64,000 bases of DNA from an uncultured Chloroflexia bacterium (GCA_963775935.1 CAVZKR010000003.1:321012-385011); one strand, 5' to 3'. Shown: positions 1 to 10,944, numbered from the stretch's first letter. Made by a program: numbers and translations. Notes: generated from the letters alone by a model not told the origin.

Positions 1-342
1 TCTGCAGCTATAGAGACATTAGCCAAAGTCCGACCTCTGACCATTTCAGAACGCCAGAAGCGGCAAAAGAAAGGAGAGAAAGCTCTGGTGATAGTACTCA
101 AGGAAAGCGAAGTCGTCTTGCCCTGGGCAGGCATGGTAGACATAGCCGCTGAAAAACAACGCCTGGAGAAGGAAATTAGCATAAATAAGAGAGAAATAGA
201 CCGATTGGAACAAAGATTGAAAGATGCTGATTTTATCTCCAAAGCCCCCGAGGCGATAATCGAAAAAGAGCGGAGCAGACTTTTATCTCACAAAGACAAA
301 GTTCAGAGATTGGAGCAGGAACTGGCTCAGCTTAACCCATAG
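1..342 (+). CDS. valS: valyl-tRNA synthetase, C-terminal fragment (5' end lies outside the window)
   Basis: Frame 1 is open from base 1. The tail ...VVLPWAGMVDIAAEKQRLEKEI...KAPEAIIEKERSRL... matches the ValRS C-terminal coiled-coil arm. Confidence 0.8.
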   Translation, partial: SAAIETLAKVRPLTISERQKRQKKGEKALVIVLKESEVVLPWAGMVDIAAEKQRLEKEISINKREIDRLEQRLKDADFISKAPEAIIEKERSRLLSHKDKVQRLEQELAQLNP

Positions 343-1033
343 TCCTTCTCTTTAACAGCAAGTTGCGCTGCATATGAGCCAATGCTTTCTTCGTGTCACT
401 GGCTACACGCGATTTATCACAGTGCTTTATCCGGTATTTGAATGACCAGTAGGTGAACTCCTTGAGCATGCCCAGAGACACGTTTTTACGCCTGGTATAT
501 TTTTTCTCTTTTTTAAAACTATCAAACAGAGACTGGTGTGTCTGCCCATAAATCTGCTTATATGCCTTCTCCAGCACATTATCATCCTTGTCCCAACCAG
601 CCACCCTTCGCTCTTTACGGATATCCTCAACCACGGCTGAAACCAAAGATTCTTCCACCAGCACCCCGTAGAGATAGTTAAGATAAGCACGATATTTTGC
701 TGACCCAATTAATCTCTTAAATTGCTCTTTGGGCAGTTCGACGGGCGGGCGGTCATGAAAAAGAAAGGCTATTTTTTCTTTCTCAGGAATATAGTCATTT
801 ATTTCCTGACAGAGGCGTTCGGCTAGCAGCAACCAGTCGAACGCTTCACCACCAATCAAATAGCGATAATGTCGTCTGCGATACGTTTCCTCGGGACTTT
901 TCCACAACTTGACAGACTCTAGCAATGCCAGATACCAGTGTTTGCCACCAGTGACAGCCTTTTTCAGGTGGTGTATTGCTTGCAGGTCTCCTTCATTAGT
1001 ACTATTATCGTTACGGTCTGTTTTTAATGCCAT
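332..1033 (-). CDS. hypothetical protein (233 aa), co-directional with polX and 4 nt upstream of it
   Basis: Long ORF with protein-like composition; no motif recognised. Confidence 0.6.
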   Translation of the reverse strand: MALKTDRNDNSTNEGDLQAIHHLKKAVTGGKHWYLALLESVKLWKSPEETYRRRHYRYLIGGEAFDWLLLAERLCQEINDYIPEKEKIAFLFHDRPPVELPKEQFKRLIGSAKYRAYLNYLYGVLVEESLVSAVVEDIRKERRVAGWDKDDNVLEKAYKQIYGQTHQSLFDSFKKEKKYTRRKNVSLGMLKEFTYWSFKYRIKHCDKSRVASDTKKALAHMQRNLLLKRRTMG

Positions 1034-1037
1034 GCCG

Positions 1038-2756
1038 TTAATTCCTTCTCAAGAATGCCAACACCTCTTCAATTGGTCTGGTATTCATGATATGTGATGA
1101 CTGGCACCAGCCTCGGCGAGCTACACCGATGCCGAAGCGCATCACTCCCAACTGCTCAACACTATGGGCATCCGTACCCAACACCAGCTTAACTCCAAGT
1201 TCATGGGCTCGTTGAGCATGAATGTCCTTCAGGTCAAGACGGCTAGGCATGGCATTGATTTCCAACGCCTTATTGAAACTGGAAGCTGCCTTAAATATAG
1301 CCTCCATGTCAACAGCTACTGGCTCTCTCTCGCCAAGGAGACGACAGGTTGGGTGAGCAATAATGTCAACGTCTGGATGTGCTATAGCTCCTACTATGCG
1401 ACCCGTCATCTGCTCCTGGCTCTGGTTCATAGCTGAATGGACAGCAGCAATAACAACATCAATCTCAGCCAATATCTCCATGGGTGCGTCTAAACTGCCA
1501 TCAGCTTTAATATCCACCTCGATGCCAGAAAAAACTCGTATGCCCTCAATACGCTGCCTAAGCTGTTTAATTTCACTAATCTGCTGCTTCAGGCGCTTAA
1601 CATCAAGCCCATGAGCGATACCACGCCCGGCTGAATGGTCGGTGATTGCGATATAGTGGTAGCCGATAGCCTTAGCCGCTGATGCCATAGCCTCTATGGA
1701 ATCATGACCATCGCTCCACTCAGTATGTAGATGAAAATCGCCTTGTATATCGGACGATTCTATCAGCCTGGGAATACTGCTCTGTTCTGCCAACTCAATC
1801 TCTTGTTGACCTTCCCGTATCTCCGGAGGTATATACTGCAAGCCTAACCGATGGTAGAAGTCTTCCTCAGTAGTAAATTTCTCCAATGTACCCGTTGCTA
1901 GGTCAGTGATACCATATTCACTGAGCTTCAATCCCTGTCTCTGACTTCTCTGCCGCAGGTCAATATTATGCTGCTTGCTGCCCGTGAAATACTGGAGCAA
2001 AGAGCCAAAAGAATCATGCTCCACCATCCTCAAGTCTGCCTGGAGCCCGCCTTTGAGAATAACGCTGGCTTTGGTCGTTCCCTGAGCCAGCACTTCCCTG
2101 ACATGAGGCAAAGCTATGAAAGCATTAATAACCGACTCAGGATTATCGGCGGTACCCATAAGGTCAATATCACCTACTGTCTCCCTGAAACGGCGCAGGC
2201 TGCCAGCAGCGGTCACATTCTTCACCCCAGCTATTCGTTGTAAGGCATCCAGTATCTCTTCCACGACAGGTAAAGCCTCACCGATGGGAATTCGCCGGTC
2301 TTTGCGACGTAAGGCTTGAATCTGATGTAAAATATTTTCAGCGGCCTTATCACCGAGACGGAACAAGCTGGCAACGCGTCCATCATTGATAGCCAGCTCC
2401 AGTCCATCTATTGATGTTACCCCAAGTTCGCTGAGCTTCATTGCTGTCTTGGGCCCAATACCTGGAATTTCTAATAGTTTTGTAATTCCTTCTGGAAATC
2501 CAGATTTAAGTCCTTCATAATAGTCTAGCTTTCCTGTCGTCACTAGCTCAATTGTCTTCTTCGCTATTGCCTCACCCACACCGGGAATAGTTTTCAAGTC
2601 CTTGCCTTCCCCCAGCATAACTCCGATTTCTTCAGGTAGATGCTCGATAGTCCGCGCTGCTTTCTGATAAGCTCTGATTTTGAAAATATTCTCTCCTTTG
2701 AGCTCAAGAAGGTCAGCGATATCCTGAAATACCCTGGCAATATCATTGTTTTTCAT
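1038..2756 (-). CDS. polX: family X DNA polymerase with C-terminal PHP phosphoesterase domain
   Basis: The N-terminus MKNNDIARVFQDIADLLELKGENIFKIRAYQKAARTIE and the HhH repeats are typical of PolX. The C-terminal FHLHTEWSDGHDS...ITDHS fits a PHP domain. Confidence 0.9.
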   Translation of the reverse strand: MKNNDIARVFQDIADLLELKGENIFKIRAYQKAARTIEHLPEEIGVMLGEGKDLKTIPGVGEAIAKKTIELVTTGKLDYYEGLKSGFPEGITKLLEIPGIGPKTAMKLSELGVTSIDGLELAINDGRVASLFRLGDKAAENILHQIQALRRKDRRIPIGEALPVVEEILDALQRIAGVKNVTAAGSLRRFRETVGDIDLMGTADNPESVINAFIALPHVREVLAQGTTKASVILKGGLQADLRMVEHDSFGSLLQYFTGSKQHNIDLRQRSQRQGLKLSEYGITDLATGTLEKFTTEEDFYHRLGLQYIPPEIREGQQEIELAEQSSIPRLIESSDIQGDFHLHTEWSDGHDSIEAMASAAKAIGYHYIAITDHSAGRGIAHGLDVKRLKQQISEIKQLRQRIEGIRVFSGIEVDIKADGSLDAPMEILAEIDVVIAAVHSAMNQSQEQMTGRIVGAIAHPDVDIIAHPTCRLLGEREPVAVDMEAIFKAASSFNKALEINAMPSRLDLKDIHAQRAHELGVKLVLGTDAHSVEQLGVMRFGIGVARRGWCQSSHIMNTRPIEEVLAFLRRN

Positions 2757-2817
2757 TGGATATACTTAAAGTATAACAAAAACAAGAATAAATAGAGGGG
2801 GAATTGAGATTAGCGAT

Positions 2818-5502
2818 CTACTTGCCGCAGCAGTGCTTGTACTTTTTACCCGAGCCACAGGGGCAGGGATCATTGCGTCCAATCTTCCTGTCACCTGTCG
2901 GCACCGGAGCTTTCTGGGTTTGCCTTTGAGCTGGAGGTTGTTGTTTAAGGATGCTGACTCTATAAATCATGTGGACAACATCATGCTGGATGCCGGCCAC
3001 CAAACTATCGAAATAATTACCACCTTCTTTTTTGTAGGCGACCAATGGGTCAATCTGTCGCACCGACTGTAACCCAACGCTCAGTCTTAAATGGTCCATC
3101 GCAGTAAGGTGTTCTTTCCACAAGCTGTCAATTATATGTAACATCACTCTTCTTTCCAAAAGCCGCATATTCTCAGAGCCTATATCTTTCTCCTGTTGTT
3201 CATAGAGCTGCTCAGCGTAAGCAAATAAAGTATCGCTGATTTGCTCCGACTTCATCTCTGACAAGGCGCTGACAGTTAGCTCAGGTGGCAACGGTGGTGG
3301 GAAGATAGCAGCAATGTCTTCGAGTAACCCTTCCAAATCTTGCGCCACAAGTTCATTGCCACATCGAGTTGCTACCAGGCTCTGAATTTCTTTTTCAACC
3401 ATCGACAGGATATTTGCTTTGAGGTCAGCACCACCCAAGATTTTCTTTCTCTCGGCATAGATTACTTCCCGATGCTTATTGACGATATCATCGTAGTCCA
3501 CCAGATGCTTACGCATATCAAAATGGTAACCCTCAACTCTGACCTGGGCATTTTCTATAGCCTTATTGACCATAGAATGTTCTATGGGAGTGTTTTCATC
3601 CATTCCCGCCCATTCCATAAAGCCTTTAATACGGTCACCCCCAAAACGTCGGACGATATCATCTTCCAGCGAGATGTAGAAGCGTGAGCCGCCCGGGTCA
3701 CCCTGCCTACCAGAGCGACCCCTAAGCTGATTATCGATCCGTCTGGCTTCATGTCGCTCTGTGCCAAGGACATGCAATCCACCCATTGCCACCACCTTAT
3801 CATGCTCTACCTGCCAATCTCGAGATTCCTTCTGACAATCGTGGTATATTTTCTGAAATTCCTGGTCTTCACACTGGAAATCCTCTCGCTTTGGTTCTTC
3901 AGGCGTTTTCCCACCCAGTAATATGTCAACACCACGCCCCGCCATATTAGTGGATACCGTGACTGCGCCTATCTTGCCCGCCTGAGCAATAATTTCAGCT
4001 TCCCTGGTATGGTTCTTAGCGTTCAGTAACTGAACGCTAAGAACCCCTTTTCTTTTTAAGAGTTCACTGAGCTTTTCCGACTTCTCAATAGAAACCGTGC
4101 CAATGAGCACCGGCCTGCCCTGTTTATATAAGCTCTCTACCTCATTAGCTACTGCCTTAAATTTTGATTCCTCATCCTTATAAATCTGGTCAGGATTATC
4201 GATACGAATCATGGGTTTATTGGTGGGAACAGCTACCACGTCCAGCTTATATATTTTGTAGAACTCTTCCGCTTCGGTAGCCGCTGTACCGGTCATACCA
4301 CCTAATTTCTGATAAAGGCGAAAATAGTTCTGAAATGTTATGGTGGCTAAGGTGACGCTCTCACGCTCAATTTTAACCTTCTCCTTGGCTTCTATCGCCT
4401 GGTGCAATCCCTCGGAATATCGCCTCCCGAACATCAACCTCCCAGTGAACTCATCGACAATAATGACCTTGCCATCTTTGACTACATAGTCTCTGTCTCG
4501 TTTGAATAGCACCTGAGCCTTCAAAGCATTCTCCAGGTATTGTACGAGACCGTAATTAGCCGGGTCATAAAGACTCGGAGCCTTCAGCGCATTCTCTTTC
4601 CTGAGTATTTTTTCCATGCCAGTCATGCCACCATCGGTTAAACTAACGGTACGTGTCTTCTCGTCTACGGTATAATCTTCCTCTTTCTTAAGCGGAAGAA
4701 CAGAGCGAGCAAAAACAACATACTTATCGGCGGCTTCTTCAGCAGCGCCGCTTATTATCAATGGAGTACGAGCCTCATCAATAAGGATATTATCCACCTC
4801 ATCCACGATAGCGTAATTGAGTTCCCTCTGAACGCATTGGGACAGGTCTAACACCATATTATCTCTGAGGTAATCGAAGCCAAACTCGTTGTTGGTGCCA
4901 TAGGTTATGTCTGCTTCATATGCCTGCTTGCGGGATACAGGACGGAAGTGAGGCCAGCGCTTGTCTACTGGTTCACGGTTCGGGTCAGGGTCATAAAGAT
5001 AAGCTGGCAAATAGTCAGTTGGGCTCTGCTGAGGATAAATGCTGGCAATGCTCATGCCCAGAGCATGGTAAATAGGCCCCATCCAGTGGGCATCGCGTCT
5101 CGCCAGATAATCGTTTACCGTCACCAGGTGACAGCCTTTACCTTCGAGAGCGTTTAAATAAAGGGGGAGAGTAGCCACCAGGGTCTTACCTTCACCGGTT
5201 TTCATCTCGGCGATCTTCCCCTGATGCAATGCCATCCCTCCTATGAGCTGGACATCGAAATGACGTTGTCCGATAGTTCGCCTGGAAGCCTCCCTGACAG
5301 CAGCAAAGGCTTCAGGTAGGAGGTCATCTAATGTTTCACCGCCTTTGATCCGAGCCTTAAACTCATCAGTTTTAGCACGAAGCTCAGCGTCATTGAGCTT
5401 TTGAAACTCAGGCTCCAGAGAATTAATGGTATTGACGATCGGGGAAAAGCGCTTTAGTTCCTTTTCATTGGAATCAACAAGGCTCCCCAGCCATTTAAGC
5501 AT
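2818..5502 (-). CDS. secA: preprotein translocase ATPase SecA
   Basis: 894 aa with MKTGEGKTLVATLP (Walker A), DEVDNILIDEARTPLIISG, and the C-terminal zinc finger CPCGSGKKYKHCCG. Confidence 0.97.
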   Translation of the reverse strand: MLKWLGSLVDSNEKELKRFSPIVNTINSLEPEFQKLNDAELRAKTDEFKARIKGGETLDDLLPEAFAAVREASRRTIGQRHFDVQLIGGMALHQGKIAEMKTGEGKTLVATLPLYLNALEGKGCHLVTVNDYLARRDAHWMGPIYHALGMSIASIYPQQSPTDYLPAYLYDPDPNREPVDKRWPHFRPVSRKQAYEADITYGTNNEFGFDYLRDNMVLDLSQCVQRELNYAIVDEVDNILIDEARTPLIISGAAEEAADKYVVFARSVLPLKKEEDYTVDEKTRTVSLTDGGMTGMEKILRKENALKAPSLYDPANYGLVQYLENALKAQVLFKRDRDYVVKDGKVIIVDEFTGRLMFGRRYSEGLHQAIEAKEKVKIERESVTLATITFQNYFRLYQKLGGMTGTAATEAEEFYKIYKLDVVAVPTNKPMIRIDNPDQIYKDEESKFKAVANEVESLYKQGRPVLIGTVSIEKSEKLSELLKRKGVLSVQLLNAKNHTREAEIIAQAGKIGAVTVSTNMAGRGVDILLGGKTPEEPKREDFQCEDQEFQKIYHDCQKESRDWQVEHDKVVAMGGLHVLGTERHEARRIDNQLRGRSGRQGDPGGSRFYISLEDDIVRRFGGDRIKGFMEWAGMDENTPIEHSMVNKAIENAQVRVEGYHFDMRKHLVDYDDIVNKHREVIYAERKKILGGADLKANILSMVEKEIQSLVATRCGNELVAQDLEGLLEDIAAIFPPPLPPELTVSALSEMKSEQISDTLFAYAEQLYEQQEKDIGSENMRLLERRVMLHIIDSLWKEHLTAMDHLRLSVGLQSVRQIDPLVAYKKEGGNYFDSLVAGIQHDVVHMIYRVSILKQQPPAQRQTQKAPVPTGDRKIGRNDPCPCGSGKKYKHCCGK

Positions 5503-5510
5503 ATATTCTC

Positions 5511-6449
5511 CTATTGAAACATGGCGCCGATGGAAAGGCCAGTATGAATACGGTGTATCGCCTCACCCAACAGCGGCGCCATAGGTAACACGGTTATTTT
5601 ATCGAGCTTCTTACCGTCCTTAACGGGAATCGTATCGGTAACCACAACCTCTTTCACTGGGGATTTAGCGATACGTTCAATAGCTGTCCCCGAAAAAACA
5701 GGGTGCGTACAGCAGGCATAAACCTCAATAGCTCCCTTGTCCAGCAGGGCTGTTGCCGCATTAACCAGAGAACCAGCGGTATCAATCTCATCGTCCATGG
5801 TCAGGGCGCGCATGCCAGCAACCTCACCAATAATATTGAGTGTTTCTGTGGTATCGACGTTTCCCACCCGCCGCTTTTCAATAATAGCCAGCGGAGCATT
5901 CAGATGAGCAGCAAGGTCGCGGGTACGCTTGGAAATACCGATATCGGTAGCCACCACTACCACCTTGTCCAGCGCCTTTTTCTTCCAGTAATTGGCAATC
6001 AACGTAAGAGCAGTAAGCTCATCGACAGGTATATTGAAAAAACCCTGAATCTGTGCGGCGTGGAGGTCTACCGTTAACAGACGATTGGCGCCGGCTGTGG
6101 TAAGCAAATCAGCTATTAATCGGGCAGTTATCGGCACACGGGGCTGGTCTTTTTTATCAGTGCGAGCATAGCCATAGTATGGCACCACCGCCGTAATTCT
6201 CCCTGCTGAAGACCGCTTGAAAGCATCCAGCATGATAAGGAGCTCCACGATATTTTTATTGACTGGCGATGTAAATGGCTGGACGACAAATACATCTCTT
6301 TCACGTACATTTTCCAGAATACGCACAAAGATATTCTCGTTTTTAAATTCAAAAACCTCAGCCTGTCCCAAGGGAATTTTGAGATAGTCACATATTGCTT
6401 TCGCTAATGTTGGGTGAGCATTGCCTGTAAAAACCCTAAGTTCATCCAT
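5511..6449 (-). CDS. prs: ribose-phosphate pyrophosphokinase
   Basis: 312 aa with the PRPP synthetase signature ...VVPYYGYARTDKK... and the C-terminal PRPP-binding loop DDEIDTAGS. Confidence 0.95.
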   Translation of the reverse strand: MDELRVFTGNAHPTLAKAICDYLKIPLGQAEVFEFKNENIFVRILENVRERDVFVVQPFTSPVNKNIVELLIMLDAFKRSSAGRITAVVPYYGYARTDKKDQPRVPITARLIADLLTTAGANRLLTVDLHAAQIQGFFNIPVDELTALTLIANYWKKKALDKVVVVATDIGISKRTRDLAAHLNAPLAIIEKRRVGNVDTTETLNIIGEVAGMRALTMDDEIDTAGSLVNAATALLDKGAIEVYACCTHPVFSGTAIERIAKSPVKEVVVTDTIPVKDGKKLDKITVLPMAPLLGEAIHRIHTGLSIGAMFQ

Positions 6450-6577
6450 TTCATTACCCCCAGTATCGTTGGTGAGAAATTAATTATATCATCAACAGAC
6501 GACTGTATCCCACTACCATCGGCATAAAAAAGAAAAAATTTCAATTATTGAACGTAAATTGTATAATTGCTCAAACA

Positions 6578-7264
6578 ATGAAGCAGCACCTGATTAGACA
6601 AATTCTGAACTTACTGACTGAAGGATATGGCAACCGAGAATGGCACCTCGACCATGATTCTATCGCAGTGCTCGTTCAAACAATCCTTTCCCAGAACACG
6701 TCTGACCAGAATTCCCGCCGCGCCTTCGCTGCTCTGGTAGCTTCGTTTGGTAGCTGGGAAAAGATACTAATCGCCAGCATTGGTCAAATCGCTGACAGCA
6801 TCAGACTTGGTGGCCTTGCCGAAGTTAAAGCAAGGTATATCAAGCAGGCGCTCGTAGAAATCAAACGCAGACGAGGTCAACTAGGGCTCGAATTCCTCAG
6901 GCAACTCCCCGTAGATGAAGCCAGAGACTGGCTGATGCAGTTACCGGGGGTGGGCATTAAGACAGCAAGCTGTGTGCTGCTATTCTCACTTGGCATGCCA
7001 GCATTGCCAGTGGATACTCACATTGCTCGACTTGCCAGAAGGCTTGGTTTAATCGATAGTAAAACACCGGTAGATAAAGCCCATAACCTGCTGGAAAGCA
7101 CTGTCTCCAAAAAGGATGTTTACGCTTTTCATGTGCTCCTTATCGAACATGGCAGGAAAGTATGCAAAGCTCAACGTCCCAGATGCCCCAACTGCATACT
7201 GCAAAATATATGCCCCAGCTACGAGGAATTAAACAGACTAAAAAACGCTGGGAAGGCAAGATAA
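6578..7264 (+). CDS. nth: endonuclease III-like HhH-GPD DNA glycosylase with a 4Fe-4S cluster
   Basis: HhH motif LPGVGIKTASCVLLF and Cys cluster CKAQRPRCPNCILQNICP. The track start TTG 6548 lies inside a promoter-like stretch (TATAAT at 6562-6567), so ATG 6578 is preferred. The start remains uncertain. Confidence 0.85.
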   Translation: MKQHLIRQILNLLTEGYGNREWHLDHDSIAVLVQTILSQNTSDQNSRRAFAALVASFGSWEKILIASIGQIADSIRLGGLAEVKARYIKQALVEIKRRRGQLGLEFLRQLPVDEARDWLMQLPGVGIKTASCVLLFSLGMPALPVDTHIARLARRLGLIDSKTPVDKAHNLLESTVSKKDVYAFHVLLIEHGRKVCKAQRPRCPNCILQNICPSYEELNRLKNAGKAR

Positions 7265-7293
7265 TAAGCTCTTGACTGATTGATGACTGGCAA

Positions 7294-8556
7294 CTAGTAA
7301 TCAATGCCAGGTACAGGAAATCGCTGACATAGAGCAGCTACCTGTTCTCGAATCTGCTGTCCTAACTTCCGATTATCTGGATCTGATAACACTTTCACTA
7401 CCATAGAGGCAACCTGCTTAATCTCTTGAACTCCAAAGCCTCTGGTGGTAACCGCTGGTGTACCAAACCTGATACCGCTGGTAATTTGTGGGGACCTTGT
7501 ATCAAATGGAATCGCATTGCGATTCACCAGAATACCAGCAATTTCCAGCGCTTCCTGGGCAACTTTGCCGGTTATACCAGCCTTAGCCAGGTCAACTAAT
7601 ACAAGATGGTTTTCAGTCCCACCTGAAACCAAACGCAAACCATTACCATGTAGTTCCTGAGCCAGAACAGAGGCGTTCTCTAAAACTGCCTTCTGATAGC
7701 TGATGAACTCTGGCTGCATGGCTTCAAAAAATGCTATAGCTTTTGCCGCAATCGTATGCATGAGAGGCCCTCCCTGCATCATGGGAAAAACAGCGGAGTC
7801 GATTCTCGTAGCTAACTCTTTGTTACACAACACAAAACCGCTACGCGGACCTCTCAGCGTTTTATGGGTTGAAGAGGTTACCACATCAGCGACCGGCACC
7901 GGAGAAGGATGTACATTCGCAGCAACTAAGCCGGCGATATGGGCCATATCAACCACGAGCCTAGCACCAACTTTATCTGTGATGCGACGAAAACGTTCAA
8001 AATCTATCTTCCGAGGATAGGAACTTGCCCCTGCCATAATTAGCTTCGGTTTATGCTGGAGAGCCAGCCTTTCTAGTTCATCATAATCCAATCTCTCAGT
8101 CTCCTTATCAACGCCATACGAGACGAACTTGTACCATTTGCCCGAAAAATTGACTGGCGCTCCGTGGGTTAAATGCCCACCATGACTTAACGTCATACCC
8201 ATCACTACATCCCCTGGCTCAAGCAAAGCAAAATAGGCTGCCATATTAGCCTGACTGCCGCTATGAGGCTGTACATTGGCGTGTTCAGCATCGAACAATT
8301 TCTTCACCCTTTGAATAGCCAGTGTCTCAACAGCATCGATATAAGGGCAGCCAGAATAGTAACGATGCTCGGGATAGCCCTCCGCATACTTATTGGTGAG
8401 AACCGAGCACTGGGCTTGCAGAACAGCTCGGCTGGCATAGTTCTCCGCAGCAATAAGATTTATAGTTTCTTTTTGCCGCTTTGCTTCAAGTTCCAAAATT
8501 CTGCTAATTTCAACGTCGTGCTGATTCCTATTATCCAATAGAGGACCTCCAGGCAA
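7294..8556 (-). CDS. glyA: serine hydroxymethyltransferase
   Basis: 420 aa with the PLP site [14 protein letters not shown]; TTG start. Confidence 0.96.
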   Translation of the reverse strand: MPGGPLLDNRNQHDVEISRILELEAKRQKETINLIAAENYASRAVLQAQCSVLTNKYAEGYPEHRYYSGCPYIDAVETLAIQRVKKLFDAEHANVQPHSGSQANMAAYFALLEPGDVVMGMTLSHGGHLTHGAPVNFSGKWYKFVSYGVDKETERLDYDELERLALQHKPKLIMAGASSYPRKIDFERFRRITDKVGARLVVDMAHIAGLVAANVHPSPVPVADVVTSSTHKTLRGPRSGFVLCNKELATRIDSAVFPMMQGGPLMHTIAAKAIAFFEAMQPEFISYQKAVLENASVLAQELHGNGLRLVSGGTENHLVLVDLAKAGITGKVAQEALEIAGILVNRNAIPFDTRSPQITSGIRFGTPAVTTRGFGVQEIKQVASMVVKVLSDPDNRKLGQQIREQVAALCQRFPVPGIDY

Positions 8557-8719
8557 TATTTAAAGCATAATATCACCGTCATTCCGCCAAGGTCAAACAA
8601 GACATAATTGGGAAACCCAGACTTACTCAAATAAAAATTCGCTGGCTTAATAAAATCTATGTTTGCCAAAAATTTTCAGCCTGTATATACTCTACCAGGC
8701 ATATCAGCAGAGGACGTTC

Positions 8720-9124
8720 ATGAAACCACTCGTTTACCCAATAGCATCTCTTATTGCGTTAATCGCGGTGATTCTCATTATTCCGCTTGCCAGCGCATGT
8801 AGCCATTCCGGCAACCAACCACCAAAAATAGCAGACATCAAAGCCGATAGCATGTACCTCTACCCGAAGGGCAGCGCTGAGCTTGAATGTCTTGCCTTAG
8901 ACCCGGAAGGTGATACCATGACCTTTACCTGGTCATGTGCTGATGGTACCTTCGTAGGAAGTGGGCCTATAGTGACCTGGCAGGCACCCAATGCCTATGG
9001 CGACTTCCATATCATGGTTATCGTTGAGGATGGCAACGGTAATAGCGCTCAAAGAACTATTACTATCGGCGTGATAGTGAACGAAAATGATCAAGGTTGT
9101 AGCACCTGTCCTACCCGCAGATAA
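8720..9124 (+). CDS. lipoprotein with one PKD/Ig-like module
   Basis: ATG 8720 follows AGAGGA and opens a signal peptide with lipobox LASAC. The module ...LECLALDPEGDTMTFTWSCADGTF..VTWQAPNAYGDFHIMVIVEDGNGN is homologous to the two modules in 9699..10874. Confidence 0.75.
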   Translation: MKPLVYPIASLIALIAVILIIPLASACSHSGNQPPKIADIKADSMYLYPKGSAELECLALDPEGDTMTFTWSCADGTFVGSGPIVTWQAPNAYGDFHIMVIVEDGNGNSAQRTITIGVIVNENDQGCSTCPTRR

Positions 9125-9162
9125 GCAATGCGCGTCATGCTTTCATCAACAGGAGTAATAAG

Positions 9163-9549
9163 ATGAAACAAATGTCATCGACAGCGAAATCAATAAGCTT
9201 AACCGTACTTATAATCCCCTTAATACTGTTATCTGCTTGCGCTCAGAGAACAGAGGATAATGCACCACAATTGCAAATCATCGACCATACTTTGAGTTTC
9301 CACAATTTTGGGGATGTACTTCGAAGCGTGGTAGCCGTTGACGGCAAAGCTAAGAATATCAGCAATACTACAATCAATGCCGCTTTTATAACCGTCAATT
9401 TTTACGATAAGGATAATAATCACCTGTATACAGCTTCAGCCGTAAAAAACAACCTGGCAGCCGGCGAACTCTGGTACTTCAATGTTCGATTTGTCAGCCC
9501 GGATGCCTGGAAGACCACACGCTATGATATTTCAGCAACGACAAAATAA
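9163..9549 (+). CDS. lipoprotein, FxLYD-like beta-sandwich domain
   Basis: Signal peptide with lipobox LLSAC. The pattern VAVDGKAKNISNTTINAAFITVNFYDKDNN...GELWYFNV resembles FxLYD-domain proteins. Confidence 0.65.
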   Translation: MKQMSSTAKSISLTVLIIPLILLSACAQRTEDNAPQLQIIDHTLSFHNFGDVLRSVVAVDGKAKNISNTTINAAFITVNFYDKDNNHLYTASAVKNNLAAGELWYFNVRFVSPDAWKTTRYDISATTK

Positions 9550-9698
9550 GAGCCTTAATATGCAAGTGGAAGCTCAGTAGTAGAAATTTCATCTTGAGCC
9601 CGAATATACTATATCAAAGAGGCAATACCTAGTATAATAATATGCGCAGTAAGGTAGGATTGAACCATAATTCCTTCCTCACTAATAAGGAGGCAACA

Positions 9699-10874
9699 AT
9701 GAAACGAAGCGGTAAGATATTCAAATTCGCCGCAATTTTCCTGGCATTGGTCATAGTATTAGTATTAGCTGTCGGATGTGGTCCCAGCAAAGCACCTTCA
9801 CCACCCCCAACACCATCACAACCAGCTCCAACTGGTAATCAACCACCTGTTATCTCAAGCTTGACCCCATCCCAGACACAAGTCTATCCTTCAGGCACTG
9901 TTGAAATACAGTGCATTGCCTCAGACCCAAACGGTGATAAGATAAATTTCACCTGGGCGGCTACTGGTGGTAACTTCAACGGCGCTGGTACTTCGGTGAC
10001 CTGGCAAGCGCCCAAGCAATACGGCACCTATACTATTTCGGTTACAGTAGATGACGGGAAAGGTGCTTCAAGCCAATCATCGGTAACGTTGAGTGTCGGT
10101 GCTAACCAAAGTCCACAAATCTCCAGCCTCTCCGCAAACCCCACTGTTATCGGCATGGGGGGTAACTCACTGATAACTTGTGTGGCTAACGACCCCGATG
10201 GTGATGTAGTAAGATATGACTGGAAAGCTAGTGAAGGCAATATTTCAGGTGTAGGCAACAAAGTTACCTGGGTCCCCCCTAATAAAGGAGGCACTTTCAA
10301 TGTCATCTGTATTGTCAACGATGGCAAAGGCGGTGAAACTCAAGGCAATGTCGCCATCACCGTAACCTCTGCCACCAAGACTGTCACCATTAACGTCGTT
10401 CAGGAAGAAACAGGCACTGTCTCTAAAAACGACAAGGACAGAACAAAGACCAAGGCTGGCGATGACGAGACCAACAAGGGTTACAGGGCATTCTGGAGCT
10501 TCAATATATTCAGCCTGAATAACACTGATGTAAAAGACGCCAGATTAATATTTACCACGCGAGTTATCGCAGGCAATCCATTCGCCTTTACTGGGGGTGA
10601 GTCTCTCGGTGGACTACTTATCTGGCAGGTACGATATGCCGACCAACTGCCCGATTATGACATCACTGGTGGTAAACTAGAAAAGACAACGCCCGCAATA
10701 TACGAACAACCGACCATTCTCGATGTCACTCCTGAAGTGGCTCCGCTTGTCAAAGGAGCCGCCACTCGATTCCAGATAGAAGCCAGATTCTTAAAAGATT
10801 TCAATGGGAACGGTGTGGCTGAATTTATTGAGTGGTCGAACGTTAAACTGGAAGTAACATATACCGAGAAATAG
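9699..10874 (+). CDS. lipoprotein with two tandem PKD/Ig-like modules and a C-terminal beta-rich domain
   Basis: AAGGAGG lies upstream of ATG 9699; lipobox LAVGC; Pro-rich linker. The two modules are ...IQCIASDPNGDKINFTWAATGGNF...VTWQAPKQYGTYTISVTVDDGKG and ...ITCVANDPDGDVVRYDWKASEGNI...VTWVPPNKGGTFNVICIVNDGKGG. Confidence 0.8.
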   Translation: MKRSGKIFKFAAIFLALVIVLVLAVGCGPSKAPSPPPTPSQPAPTGNQPPVISSLTPSQTQVYPSGTVEIQCIASDPNGDKINFTWAATGGNFNGAGTSVTWQAPKQYGTYTISVTVDDGKGASSQSSVTLSVGANQSPQISSLSANPTVIGMGGNSLITCVANDPDGDVVRYDWKASEGNISGVGNKVTWVPPNKGGTFNVICIVNDGKGGETQGNVAITVTSATKTVTINVVQEETGTVSKNDKDRTKTKAGDDETNKGYRAFWSFNIFSLNNTDVKDARLIFTTRVIAGNPFAFTGGESLGGLLIWQVRYADQLPDYDITGGKLEKTTPAIYEQPTILDVTPEVAPLVKGAATRFQIEARFLKDFNGNGVAEFIEWSNVKLEVTYTEK

Positions 10875-10900
10875 TAACCACGTTAAACTGAATAAATATC

Positions 10901-10933
10901 AAAGGCGACCACATGGTCGCCTTTGATATTTTC
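10901..10933 (+). terminator. Rho-independent terminator after the lipoprotein cluster
   Basis: Perfect 10-bp stem AAAGGCGACC-acat-GGTCGCCTTT followed by gatatttt. Confidence 0.8.
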
Positions 10934-10944
10934 AAATTTCTGAC

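Noticed and set aside
8460-8669. 69-aa ORF spanning the glyA 5' end and its upstream region
   Set aside because: It overlaps the glyA start and the promoter region and has no RBS. Its composition is unlike a real protein.
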